This document shows, piece by piece, positions 55,002-64,000 of a DNA stretch of 64,000 nt (position 1 is its first letter; the number at the start of each line of letters is the position of its first letter). The notes beneath the pieces are model-generated. The model ran no database searches, was not told where the DNA came from, and worked only from the letters and a program-made list of their open reading frames with translations. The translations under genes and the position numbers were made by a program. Source of the DNA: Oscillospiraceae bacterium (GTDB taxonomy: Bacteria > Bacillota > Clostridia > Oscillospirales > CAG-272); NCBI GenBank assembly GCA_015064095.1, contig SVSW01000003.1, positions 4,882-68,881 of the forward strand. Reading direction: 5' to 3'.

Positions 55002-55745
55002 ATGATTTTTGACGAAAAAAATGCAAAAAAGATCCGCCTTGTCGCTTTCGACCTTGACGGCACACTGACACAGCACAAAAGCCCTCTCGGCGCTGAAAAT
55101 CGTGCCGCACTTGAGGCACTCGCAAAAGATAAAAAGCTGGTTATGGTCGGCGCAGGTCAGTGCGTGAGAATTTTCAAGCAGATGGGCGAATTCCCGATAG
55201 ATATTATCGGAAACTACGGTATGCAGTTTGCTCCGTACGATTACGAAAAGGGCACGCTCGGTGAGGTCACCAATCTCGCAGTTGACTGCGACCGTGAAAA
55301 GACCGAGGCAAGAGTGACAGAGATCCGCGAAAAGTGCGGATACACCGAATTTGCCGGCGATAATGTTGAGTTCCATGCATCGGGCTGCATCACACTTCCG
55401 ATACTCGGTACGGCAGCCAAGATCGAGGACAAGCTTGCATACGACCCCGACAGAAAGAAACGTCGCGCAAATTACGATTACGTTTGCTCTATGTTCCCCG
55501 AATACACAACGTTTGTCGGCGGCTCGTCTTCCTTTGACATTGTGCCGAAGCCCTATGAAAAGGCTCAGGCTCTGCGCGATTACTGCGCAAAATACGGCTA
55601 CTCGACCGATGAGGTCGTTTTCGTCGGCGACGACTACGGCATCGGCGGTAATGACGAGCCTGTTTTCGTTTCCGAAATTCAATTTTTGCGCATAGACGAC
55701 TACCGCACGTTCCCTCAGATCGTCGATTGCCTCATAACTAAATGA
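55002..55745 (+). CDS. HAD-superfamily hydrolase (Cof/IIB-like)
   Basis: FDLDGTLT motif I and GDDYGIGGND motif IV; 247 aa. Confidence 0.8.
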   Translation: MIFDEKNAKKIRLVAFDLDGTLTQHKSPLGAENRAALEALAKDKKLVMVGAGQCVRIFKQMGEFPIDIIGNYGMQFAPYDYEKGTLGEVTNLAVDCDREKTEARVTEIREKCGYTEFAGDNVEFHASGCITLPILGTAAKIEDKLAYDPDRKKRRANYDYVCSMFPEYTTFVGGSSSFDIVPKPYEKAQALRDYCAKYGYSTDEVVFVGDDYGIGGNDEPVFVSEIQFLRIDDYRTFPQIVDCLITK

Positions 55746-58213
55746 AGCAAAAATTCAATGTCACGGGCATGACCTGCGCGGCATGCTCGGCGCGCGTTGA
55801 AAAATGCGTCGCGGCACTTGACGGAATTGAGTCCGTCAGCGTCAATCTCTTGACGAACTCTATGCAAACGGAATTTTCCGAAGAAAAGCTGAGTGAAACG
55901 GAGATAATCGCCGCGGTTGAAAAGGCCGGATACGGCGCTTCGATCGCAGAAAAAGAAGGAAAAAGGTCAAAAGAAAAAAAGCCCGAAATATCCGATAGCT
56001 TTTCGGTCAAAGCGCGGCTCATCGTTTCGTTTGCATTTATGCTGCCGCTTATGTATGTCTCGATGGGACATATGATCGGGCTTCCCTTGCCTTCGTTTTT
56101 GGCGGGACACTCAAATGCCGTCAGCTTTGCTTTCACTCAGCTTTTGCTTTCCTTGCCCGTGATACTTGTCAATTTTAAATTCTTCAAAAACGGCTTCGCT
56201 TCCCTTTTCCGCGGCGCACCCAACATGGATACGCTGATAGCCGTCGGCTCTTCCGCTTCAATGCTTTACGGCATTTTCGCCATTTACAGAATGAGCTACG
56301 GTCTTGGGATCGGAGATATGGCTCTTGTTGCAAGCTATCATGAAAATCTCTATTTTGAGTCCGCCGTGATGATACTTGCACTTATAACTCTTGGCAAATT
56401 TCTTGAGGATAGAAGCAAGAAAAAGACGGGCGCGGCACTTTCTGCCCTGATAGATATGTCCCCGAAAACGGCGACTGTCATTCGAGGGGACAAGGAGATC
56501 GAGATCGCAGCTGACGGTGTACTTGTCGGCGATACCGTTCTCATTCGCCCCGGTTCGGCTGTACCCGTTGACGGTACGGTTATCGAGGGTTACACCGATA
56601 TCGACGAATCGGCGATCACGGGCGAAAGCCTGCCCGTTCACAAGGCAATCGGCGACAGTGTTACCGGTGCAACTATAAACAAAACGGGATTTATTAAGAT
56701 CCTCGCTACGCGAGTGGGTGATGACACCGCTTTTGCAAAGATAATTCGCCTCGTTGAGGACGCAAATGCAACAAAAGCGCCGATATCTCGGCTTGCGGAC
56801 AAGATCGCCGGAATTTTCGTGCCGACGGTCATGGGGATAGCGTTTGTTACCTTTATTATCTGGTTCTCTCTCGGCTCGGGATTTGAATTTGCACTTACGA
56901 GCGCCGTCAGCGTGCTCGTTATCTCCTGCCCCTGCGCGCTCGGGCTTGCAACTCCCGTGGCAATCATGGCGGGCACAGGCAAGGGCGCGGAACACGGCAT
57001 TTTGATAAAATCCGGAGAAGCTCTTGAACGCGCACGCGACGTTGACACCGTGGTGCTTGACAAAACAGGCACAATAACCGAGGGGCGACCCGAGGTGACG
57101 GATATCATTCCTTTCGAATGTGAAAAAAGCGAGCTGCTTTCGATTGCTTTGACGGTTGAAAAAAAGAGCGAGCACCCTATTGCACACGCTATATTGGAAT
57201 ATGCCGCCAAAGAAAAAGAGCTTCAATGCAAAGATTTCGCCGCTATACCGGGGCGCGGAGTTTCCGCAGTTATTGACGGAGATATTTGCCTCGGAGGTGC
57301 AAAAAAGCTGCTCGAAGAAAACGGTATTTCGACTGCCGAATTTGACCCGCAGCTCGCCTCTCTTGCAAATGCGGGCAAAACGCCCCTCTTCTTTTCAAGA
57401 GGCGGACGAGTGATCGGAATAATCGCCGTTGCGGACAAAATAAAAAGCACCTCACCGGGAGCGATAAATAAGCTGAAAGAACTCGGCATTGATGTTATAA
57501 TGCTGACGGGCGACAACAAAAATACTGCCGAGGGCATCGCAAAAAAGCTCGGAATCACCAGAGCTTTTTCGGAGCTTTTGCCCGAAGATAAGGAAAAGTC
57601 CGTTTCGGCGCTTCGCGCTGAGGGCAAATGCGTCGCTATGGTCGGTGACGGCATAAATGACGCGCCTGCGCTCGTATCGTCCGATGTGGGAATTGCGATC
57701 GGCGCCGGCACGGACGTTGCCATCGAAAGCGCCGACATCGTGCTCGTCAAGAGCGATCTTTCAGATGTGGCAACAGCAATTAGCCTTTCGCGCGCAGTCA
57801 TTCGCAATATAAAGCAAAATCTTTTCTGGGCGTTTTTCTATAACTGCCTTGGAATTCCGCTTGCCGCGGGTGTTTTTTACCCCGTTCTCGGCTGGCAGCT
57901 TTCCCCGATGTTCGGTGCGGCAGCGATGAGCATATCCAGTCTTTTCGTAGTGTCAAACGCCCTGCGCTTGCGCCGCTTCAAAAACATCAAAAAAGCACAA
58001 AAAGGAGATAAACAAATGACTTTAAAGATCAACGGTATGATGTGCATGCACTGTGTTGCACATGTCAAAAAAGCACTTGAATCGGTCGATGGAGTTCTCT
58101 CTGTCGAGGTCGATCTCAAATCAGGCACTGCAAAAGTTACGGGTGCTGCCCCGGCCGATGCGTTGCGCGCGGCTGTGATCAATGCCGGATATGAAGTCGT
58201 TTCGGTGAACTGA
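55742..58213 (+). CDS. copA: Copper-translocating P1B-type ATPase with N- and C-terminal HMA domains
   Basis: GMTCAACSARVE N-terminal HMA, CPCALGLATP, DKTGTITEG, GDGINDAP, and an in-frame C-terminal HMA (INGMMCMHCVAHV). Confidence 0.9.
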   Translation: MKQKFNVTGMTCAACSARVEKCVAALDGIESVSVNLLTNSMQTEFSEEKLSETEIIAAVEKAGYGASIAEKEGKRSKEKKPEISDSFSVKARLIVSFAFMLPLMYVSMGHMIGLPLPSFLAGHSNAVSFAFTQLLLSLPVILVNFKFFKNGFASLFRGAPNMDTLIAVGSSASMLYGIFAIYRMSYGLGIGDMALVASYHENLYFESAVMILALITLGKFLEDRSKKKTGAALSALIDMSPKTATVIRGDKEIEIAADGVLVGDTVLIRPGSAVPVDGTVIEGYTDIDESAITGESLPVHKAIGDSVTGATINKTGFIKILATRVGDDTAFAKIIRLVEDANATKAPISRLADKIAGIFVPTVMGIAFVTFIIWFSLGSGFEFALTSAVSVLVISCPCALGLATPVAIMAGTGKGAEHGILIKSGEALERARDVDTVVLDKTGTITEGRPEVTDIIPFECEKSELLSIALTVEKKSEHPIAHAILEYAAKEKELQCKDFAAIPGRGVSAVIDGDICLGGAKKLLEENGISTAEFDPQLASLANAGKTPLFFSRGGRVIGIIAVADKIKSTSPGAINKLKELGIDVIMLTGDNKNTAEGIAKKLGITRAFSELLPEDKEKSVSALRAEGKCVAMVGDGINDAPALVSSDVGIAIGAGTDVAIESADIVLVKSDLSDVATAISLSRAVIRNIKQNLFWAFFYNCLGIPLAAGVFYPVLGWQLSPMFGAAAMSISSLFVVSNALRLRRFKNIKKAQKGDKQMTLKINGMMCMHCVAHVKKALESVDGVLSVEVDLKSGTAKVTGAAPADALRAAVINAGYEVVSVN

Positions 58214-58214
58214 T

Positions 58215-59138
58215 ATGGAATTTTTATACTTTCTTGAAAGCATCAGAAATCCCGTACTGACCGCGATCATGAGCGTTATCACGTATCTCGGTGATGAGGT
58301 CGCGTTTCTTGCGCTTGCGCTCGGAATTTTCTGGTGCGTCAATAAAAAACGCGGATATTATCTTTTAAGCGTCGGATTTTGCGGAGTTATCATAAATCAA
58401 GTTTTGAAGCTCTGCTTCCGTGTGCCTCGCCCATGGGTGATCGACCCCGAATTTTCGGCGGTTGAATCCGCCGTTCCTGCTGCAACGGGATATTCATTCC
58501 CAAGCGGACACACCCAGAACGTCACATGCACCTTTGGGGGTGTTGCAAGATTTTCAAAAGCGCTTTGGATACGGATAGCTTCCATCGCCGTGATCGTTCT
58601 CGTTGCATTTTCGAGAATGTATCTCGGTGTACATACACCGCTTGACGTTTGTGTTTCGCTCGTCATCGGCGTGGGGCTCGTGTTCGCGCTCTATCCGCTT
58701 TTTGAGTACGCAAACAAGCGTGAAAACGTTTATTACTGGATCTTTGGCTCATTTTTCATCATCTCGCTCGGATTTCTTGCGTTTGCCTTGATCTTCCCGC
58801 AATTCGTTCCGCTTGATGCCGCACATTCGGCGTCGGCTCTAAAAAACGCTTGCACTATCCTCGGTGCAACTGCCGGTATGCTTATAGCTTACCCCGTTGA
58901 CCGTTATTTTGTGAAATTTGAAGAAAAAGCCTCGGTCCTCGGTCAGATCTTAAAGCTTGCCGTCGGTCTTGCCGTCGTTCTTCTTATAAAAAGCGGACTT
59001 AAAGAGGTCTTTACACTCGGAGGAGTTGAGGAGCATTTTATGCTTCGCGCTCTGCGCTATTTTCTCATTGTGGTCTTTGCAGGCTGCATATATCCGATGA
59101 CCTTCAAGCTGTTCGCTAAAATAGGCACAAAAAAATAA
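58215..59138 (+). CDS. PAP2-family membrane phosphatase
   Basis: PSGH and SRMYLGVHTPLD motifs. Polytopic, 307 aa. Confidence 0.8.
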   Translation: MEFLYFLESIRNPVLTAIMSVITYLGDEVAFLALALGIFWCVNKKRGYYLLSVGFCGVIINQVLKLCFRVPRPWVIDPEFSAVESAVPAATGYSFPSGHTQNVTCTFGGVARFSKALWIRIASIAVIVLVAFSRMYLGVHTPLDVCVSLVIGVGLVFALYPLFEYANKRENVYYWIFGSFFIISLGFLAFALIFPQFVPLDAAHSASALKNACTILGATAGMLIAYPVDRYFVKFEEKASVLGQILKLAVGLAVVLLIKSGLKEVFTLGGVEEHFMLRALRYFLIVVFAGCIYPMTFKLFAKIGTKK

Positions 59139-59148
59139 AGATAACAAA

Positions 59149-59183
59149 GCACCCCTCGCACAGCGAGGGGTGCTTTGTTTTTT
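59149..59183. terminator. Terminator hairpin between PAP2 gene and EEP gene
   Basis: GCACCCCTCG / CGAGGGGTGC 10-bp stem followed by TTTGTTTTTT. Confidence 0.65.
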
Positions 59184-59185
59184 AA

Positions 59186-62095
59186 TTAAGGAATAAGCTG
59201 AATTGATTTGATATAAATTGCATCGCCCGTCAGGAGTCCTGTGTGTAGTCCTCTTCCGTAGACACCTATATTGGTAAGATTACCCGATACCGCGGAAACA
59301 TCAATGTCGACCGTTTGCCATACTCCGTTATTACCAACGGGTATTGCGACCTTCGTTCCGTTCCTAAGAGAGTCCTTGTCCGTATCCGTGGCTGCGCTGA
59401 AGAAAAGATCGGTTCCGTATTCCGTTTCGTTTTTGAATGTGATGCTGATCTTAGAGTAGCCGGAAAGATCGGTCGTGTATTTATCGGCATAATTGAATGC
59501 CATATTGACGTAGTTCGTCTCGTCCGTCGCTGCAATGCGAAGAACGTTGCCCTTTTTTTCGTCTTCGACGATCTTGGCATCTACATACTGAGCTCCGTGC
59601 ACGGGATCTGGCGCGGTCACGAGCGAACGCATGTCTTCGCTGTCGAATACCACATGTGTTGCGGATTGTGTACCGCCCACAGCATTCTCTATTATGCGGT
59701 CATTCTTCGTTTTCGGGTTTACGTAATAATCTGCTTTATTTTCCTTTTCGTACTCCTGACCTCTGCGAATTATAACATTTGTCATAACGGGCACGTGGTC
59801 GGAAACATCGTATCCTGATCCGAGAGCTGCATAGGGATAGTATTCGCCGTTGCAGATCTGACCGTTGAGGGCCTCATATCCGTACGTGTCTGCTCCGTTT
59901 ACGAATATATAGTCGATTCTCGCGCCGAAACGAGATGTTCCCCATCTTGGATCGGTGGAATTACCAAAATCGCGGGAAGTTCCGTAGTCAGATCCTTTTT
60001 CGTATGAATCTTTAAACTTTGCAACCTTCGTCATGTGTGTATAATGAGGCTTAAACACCGACTCGTAAACCGGCATATTAAAATCTCCTGCGATAAGGGC
60101 CGGGGCGTTTCCGTTGGCCTCGGAAAGCGATTGAAGGTGTGCTGTAACGCATTGAAGATTGTCAAGGAGATATGCGTGACGTGACTTTCCACCTTGATAT
60201 GTGTGAGTAGAAGAGTAGATAGAAACAAGGCCGGTCTTTTTATCGCGCAAGACCACCCAAGTGAAATCTCCAAGGTCATCATTAGTAACCAGTCTGCCGT
60301 CCGGTTTGTTATAAAGAAGATCTATATCGGTGTGATCGTACGTTCCGCTCTTTGAAACAAAGCGCGTTCCGCTTGAAACAAGCTCGAATTTTTCGGTGCT
60401 GTAAAGCACGAAGTTATGCGCATCAAACGCATTGCCTTTTGCTAATGAATCCCAGTTACGGTGCATATATTCTATCGTGTTCAATTCATATGGCACTCCG
60501 CGGCGGTTGCCGTAGTTGACCCATTCATAACCCGGGAGCTGAGGCGAGGTGTATCTTCCGCCCTCTCCGTTCAGCGTTACCGCTCTGCCCCAATAGTCTT
60601 TACCCGAATACTCTTGGAAAAGAATGACATCGGGCTTTGCATAATCGAGCGCCATCTGAATATACTTAAGCCTTTTTTCGTAGGTATAATCCGAAGCATC
60701 TTGATCCCCATAGTATCTATATCCGTCTTCCGCCTCCGTTGTAAGCACGTTGAGGGTCATAACTCTTGTGACCGAGGTGTCGTTCTCGACATATTTTATA
60801 TCTGCATATTTTTCAAGTGCTTCTATTTGTTTTGCACTATACCCCAGATCATTCTGACCGTGCTCTGCAAGCGCATGGATAGCAAGATCCTTCATATTGC
60901 GGGTGTTTTGAGCGCTGAAATTGCCAAAGAGGTATATTATATTGCCGTTCTTTGTGTATTTTACATACGGTGCTGCACTGTAATCGGTGCCAAAACATTT
61001 TTCGTTTATTCCGGTTATCGATGCTGAGAAGGTTGTATCACCGTATTTATTGGTCCCCGTTGAGGTGACAGGTATGTTCAAATAATCCTTGCCCTCTTCA
61101 AGCTCTAAATACTTGATCGCATCAAAATTGAGCACGGGAAAGTCCCGAATCTTTGAGGTCTTGGCGATCAACATACCGTATGAGATCTCGGTATCTTTAT
61201 CCTTTACCTCATTAAGCGAAGCTATCGCATGCCTCGGCATCGTGGCTGTGAAGCTTATGCCGGGGGCTGCGGGGTCAAGGCTGAGAGTAGCGTTGCTCTC
61301 GATCATCGGCTTGTAATATACCAAATCAACGTCTGAATGTGTTACGGAATCGACGCATGTAAATCCGTAACATTCATGGTTTGGAATGGTAGAAAAAGTC
61401 CTAAATACAGGATTAGAAGTTCTTGCGATCAGTGTTCCGGCATAAAACCTAAATTGTGTAGCTTCGTTGTCGCTGAAAAAGGGCAAAGAAACATTGGGCG
61501 CATGGAAGACACCGCCGTAGAAATTGAATTTTCCACCGTCAGCACAACCGTTCAAAATACGTCCGCCATCGGTTTTAGCAGTTATCTCATATTTGCCCGC
61601 ATAAATATTGATAGTCGGATTTGATTGACCGTTGGTATTTATCAAATTATTCACGACAGTCATATCAGCATAATACGAATTGAGTGTACCGTTGTCAGCA
61701 TCAAATGAAATTGCGTAATCAGCAGTGTCGGCAAGTGTGAGCGTGACCTTGCTTTCTTTTCGATCACGTTCTCCAAGATTGAGAACTCCGCCCTTGATGC
61801 TGAATATGCAGGTATCAGATGTTATATTTATGCTTTTGAATGTAACATTTTCTTCTATAACGAAGGCCGCATTCAAGATCGTGTGATCTGCGCCGTCTAT
61901 CGTTATATTTTTGTTTATCGTTTGAGCTTTTGTGAGTTTTATATCCTCGAGCAGAGTTACCCTCCCACCGGCAGGCACTGTTGCCAGCGCGTCCGCAAAA
62001 GACGTTGCGGTAACGCCGCCGTCAATCGATGCACTTCCCTTTGTATCTTGATCGAGAATCCCCGCTGAAGACGAGGCAAGCTGTTTCTTTTTCAT
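59186..62095 (-). CDS. 969-aa multidomain protein: beta-helix-like N-terminus, endonuclease/exonuclease/phosphatase (EEP) domain, beta-sandwich-like C-terminus
   Basis: EEP motifs (VMTLNVL, DVILFQEY, LIAGDFNMP, SDHVPV). SD GGGAGA before the ATG. No hydrophobic signal peptide (MKKKQLASSSAGILDQD). Confidence 0.75.
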   Translation of the reverse strand: MKKKQLASSSAGILDQDTKGSASIDGGVTATSFADALATVPAGGRVTLLEDIKLTKAQTINKNITIDGADHTILNAAFVIEENVTFKSINITSDTCIFSIKGGVLNLGERDRKESKVTLTLADTADYAISFDADNGTLNSYYADMTVVNNLINTNGQSNPTINIYAGKYEITAKTDGGRILNGCADGGKFNFYGGVFHAPNVSLPFFSDNEATQFRFYAGTLIARTSNPVFRTFSTIPNHECYGFTCVDSVTHSDVDLVYYKPMIESNATLSLDPAAPGISFTATMPRHAIASLNEVKDKDTEISYGMLIAKTSKIRDFPVLNFDAIKYLELEEGKDYLNIPVTSTGTNKYGDTTFSASITGINEKCFGTDYSAAPYVKYTKNGNIIYLFGNFSAQNTRNMKDLAIHALAEHGQNDLGYSAKQIEALEKYADIKYVENDTSVTRVMTLNVLTTEAEDGYRYYGDQDASDYTYEKRLKYIQMALDYAKPDVILFQEYSGKDYWGRAVTLNGEGGRYTSPQLPGYEWVNYGNRRGVPYELNTIEYMHRNWDSLAKGNAFDAHNFVLYSTEKFELVSSGTRFVSKSGTYDHTDIDLLYNKPDGRLVTNDDLGDFTWVVLRDKKTGLVSIYSSTHTYQGGKSRHAYLLDNLQCVTAHLQSLSEANGNAPALIAGDFNMPVYESVFKPHYTHMTKVAKFKDSYEKGSDYGTSRDFGNSTDPRWGTSRFGARIDYIFVNGADTYGYEALNGQICNGEYYPYAALGSGYDVSDHVPVMTNVIIRRGQEYEKENKADYYVNPKTKNDRIIENAVGGTQSATHVVFDSEDMRSLVTAPDPVHGAQYVDAKIVEDEKKGNVLRIAATDETNYVNMAFNYADKYTTDLSGYSKISITFKNETEYGTDLFFSAATDTDKDSLRNGTKVAIPVGNNGVWQTVDIDVSAVSGNLTNIGVYGRGLHTGLLTGDAIYIKSIQLIP

Positions 62096-62133
62096 GATTT
62101 TTCTCCCACATAAATCAAAAATTTACTATATAC

Positions 62134-62163
62134 ATAGTACCATAAACTGCCTGATTTTGTCAA
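62134..62163 (-). promoter_or_regulatory. Sigma-A-type promoter for the complete EEP gene
   Basis: On the minus strand: TTGACA (62163-62158), 18 nt, TACTAT (62139-62134). Confidence 0.5.
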
Positions 62164-62220
62164 CCTAAAAGCAAGTTTCTCTATACCGAAAATGTATATT
62201 ATTTTTTAGTATGTTTACAC

Positions 62221-62260
62221 AAAATAAAAGGCTTCCTTCTCTGTGGAAGGAAGCCTTTTT
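62221..62260. terminator. Terminator hairpin after the upstream EEP paralog
   Basis: AAGGCTTCCTTC / GAAGGAAGCCTT 12-bp stem flanked by A-rich and T-rich runs. Confidence 0.6.
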
Positions 62261-62271
62261 TATGGGTTTTG

Positions 62272-64000
62272 TTAATTTGTCAGTTCAATGGAAGCAATAT
62301 AGATCGCATCGCCTGTTAGGAGCCCTGTGTGTTCTCCCCTTCCGTAGACGCCTATATTGGCAAGATCACCCGACACCTCGGAAACGTCAATATCTATCGT
62401 TTGCCATACGCCGTTATTAAAGGGTATTGCAACCTTCGTTCCGTTCCTGAGAGAGTCCTTTGCCGTATCCGTGGCCGCGCTGAAGAAAAGATCTGTTCCG
62501 TATTCCGTTTCGGTCTTGAATGTAATGCTGATCTTAGAATAGTCCGAAAGATCGGTCGTATACTTACCGCCGTAATTGAATGCCATATTGATATGGTTCG
62601 TTTCATCTGTTGCGGCAATACGAAGAACATTGCCCTTTTCTCCGTCTTCTACGATCTTTGCATCTACATACTGAGCACCGTGTACAGGATCGGGCGCGAT
62701 CACGCGCGAACGCATCTCCTCGCTGTCGAATACCACATATGTTGCGGATTGAGCGCCGCCCACGGCATTTTCTATTATGCGATCATTCTTTGTTTTCGGA
62801 TTTACATAATAATCCGCTTTGTTTTCCTTTTGGTATTCCTGACCCTTGCGAATTATAACGTTCGTTATTGCCGGTACGTGGTCGGAAGGATCGTATCCGG
62901 TACCGAGCTCTGCATAATGATAGTATTCGCCGTTGCAGATCTGACCGTTAAGGGCCTCGTATCCGTACACATCTGCTCCGTTTACAAATATATAATCGAT
63001 TCTCGTGCCGAAACGGGACGTGCCCCACCTTGGCCAGGGGTAATTGCCCAAATCGCGTGAGGTTCCGTAGTCAGACCCTTTCTCGTTTGAATCTTTAAAC
63101 TTTGCAACCTTCGTTATATGCTCATAATGCGGCAAAAGCGACGAACCGTAAACCGGCATATTAAAATCTCCGGCAACGAGAACGGGAGCGTTTCCGTTAG
63201 CCTCTGAGAGCGATTGAAGGTGTGCCGTAAGGCACTGGAGATTATCAAGCAGATATGCGTGACGTGATCTTTTGCCCTCTGAATATGTGTGGATTGAGGA
63301 ATAGATGGAAACAAGACCGGTTTTCTTATCGCGCAAGACGACCCATGTATAATCTCCGAGGTCATCATTGATAACCAACCTTCCGTCTGGTTTGTTATAA
63401 AGAAGATCTATATCGGTGTGGTCTTTCGTTCCGCTCTTTGAAACGAACCGCGTTCCGCTTGAAATAAGCTCGAATTTTTCGGTGCTGTAAAGAACGAAGT
63501 TGTGCGCATCAAAAGCATTGCCTTTTTCCAACGAACCGTAGTTACGGTGCATGTATTCTATCGTGTTCAGTTCATAAGGCACACCGCGGCGATTGCAGTA
63601 GTTGACCCATACATAACCCGGAAGCTGGGGCGAAGTGTATATGCCATCCTTTCCGTTAAGCGTTACGGCCTTACCCCAATAATCTATGCCCGAATACTCT
63701 TGGAAAAGAATGACATCGGGCTTTGCATAATCGAGCACTATCTTAATATATCCAAGCCTTTTTTCGTAGGTATAATCCGAAGCGTCTTGATCCGCATAGT
63801 ACCTATATCCGTTCTTTGCCTCCGTTGTAAGTACGTTGAGAGTCATAACTCTTGTGACCGAGGTCTCGTTCTTGACAAATTTTATACCTGCGTATTTTTC
63901 AAGCACTTCGATCTCTTTTTCGTTATATAGCTGATCGTTCTCGCCGTACTCTGCAAGTGCGTGGATAGCAAGATCCTTCATATTGCGGGTGTTTGCAGCG
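62272..64000 (-). CDS. Second EEP-domain paralog (C-terminal ~575 codons; the 5' part lies beyond the right edge)
   Basis: Collinear with 59186-60910 at protein and DNA level, with the same EEP motifs. The reading frame stays open to the window end. Confidence 0.75.
   Translation of the reverse strand, partial: AANTRNMKDLAIHALAEYGENDQLYNEKEIEVLEKYAGIKFVKNETSVTRVMTLNVLTTEAKNGYRYYADQDASDYTYEKRLGYIKIVLDYAKPDVILFQEYSGIDYWGKAVTLNGKDGIYTSPQLPGYVWVNYCNRRGVPYELNTIEYMHRNYGSLEKGNAFDAHNFVLYSTEKFELISSGTRFVSKSGTKDHTDIDLLYNKPDGRLVINDDLGDYTWVVLRDKKTGLVSIYSSIHTYSEGKRSRHAYLLDNLQCLTAHLQSLSEANGNAPVLVAGDFNMPVYGSSLLPHYEHITKVAKFKDSNEKGSDYGTSRDLGNYPWPRWGTSRFGTRIDYIFVNGADVYGYEALNGQICNGEYYHYAELGTGYDPSDHVPAITNVIIRKGQEYQKENKADYYVNPKTKNDRIIENAVGGAQSATYVVFDSEEMRSRVIAPDPVHGAQYVDAKIVEDGEKGNVLRIAATDETNHINMAFNYGGKYTTDLSDYSKISITFKTETEYGTDLFFSAATDTAKDSLRNGTKVAIPFNNGVWQTIDIDVSEVSGDLANIGVYGRGEHTGLLTGDAIYIASIELTN

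Noticed and set aside
54540-55682. 380-aa minus-strand ORF spanning two genes
   Set aside because: It is antisense to the 3' end of the PBP5-like gene and most of the HAD hydrolase gene, both motif-supported. It crosses an intergenic region and has no recognisable domain.

Overview
This is a 64 kb chromosomal segment from a spore-forming Firmicute with Clostridia-type gene content (spoIIAA-spoIIAB-sigF; yqfC-yqfD-phoH-ybeY-era-recO-mutS2) and roughly 50% G+C by eye. It holds about 60 tightly packed protein genes, many with ATGA or 1-nt start/stop overlaps. Most are housekeeping: translation and RNA modification (tsaD, rimI, trmB, truB, ychF, era, ybeY, an RsuA-family synthase, tex), replication and repair (DnaD-domain protein, dnaI, mutS2, recO), cell wall (murE, a PBP5-like protein), central metabolism (gpmI, prs, galU, ribF), two metal P-type ATPase loci and a heterodimeric ABC exporter. 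There is one intact tRNA-Ser(CGA). I saw no rRNA, CRISPR array, transposase, integrase or phage structural genes. The one clearly accessory stretch is a ~3.7 kb islet (15876-19621) downstream of the tRNA-Ser. It is bounded by 56-nt direct repeats of the tRNA 3' part and has no recombinase of its own. It looks like two cassettes. The first is a SAM-methyltransferase fused to a DUF1835-like domain. The second is an AT-rich two-gene operon: an XRE-HTH protein with a ~330-aa unassignable C-terminal region, coupled to a 58-aa aromatic/hyper-acidic mini-protein. That operon is itself bracketed by 32-nt imperfect direct repeats and is my best candidate for an undescribed system (defence, toxin-antitoxin-like or DNA-mimic), but its function is inference only. 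Other points worth a second look: a structured ~200-nt leader before the tRNA that carries a split copy of the tRNA 5' end; tandem ~970-aa EEP-domain paralogs with no signal peptide; a rex-dnaD-dnaI coupled operon with DnaA boxes upstream; a tyrosine recombinase abutting a truncated MutS paralog; a frameshifted aminotransferase; and a PBP5-like protein with degenerate catalytic motifs. All protein family calls come from motif recognition by eye, with no database searches.
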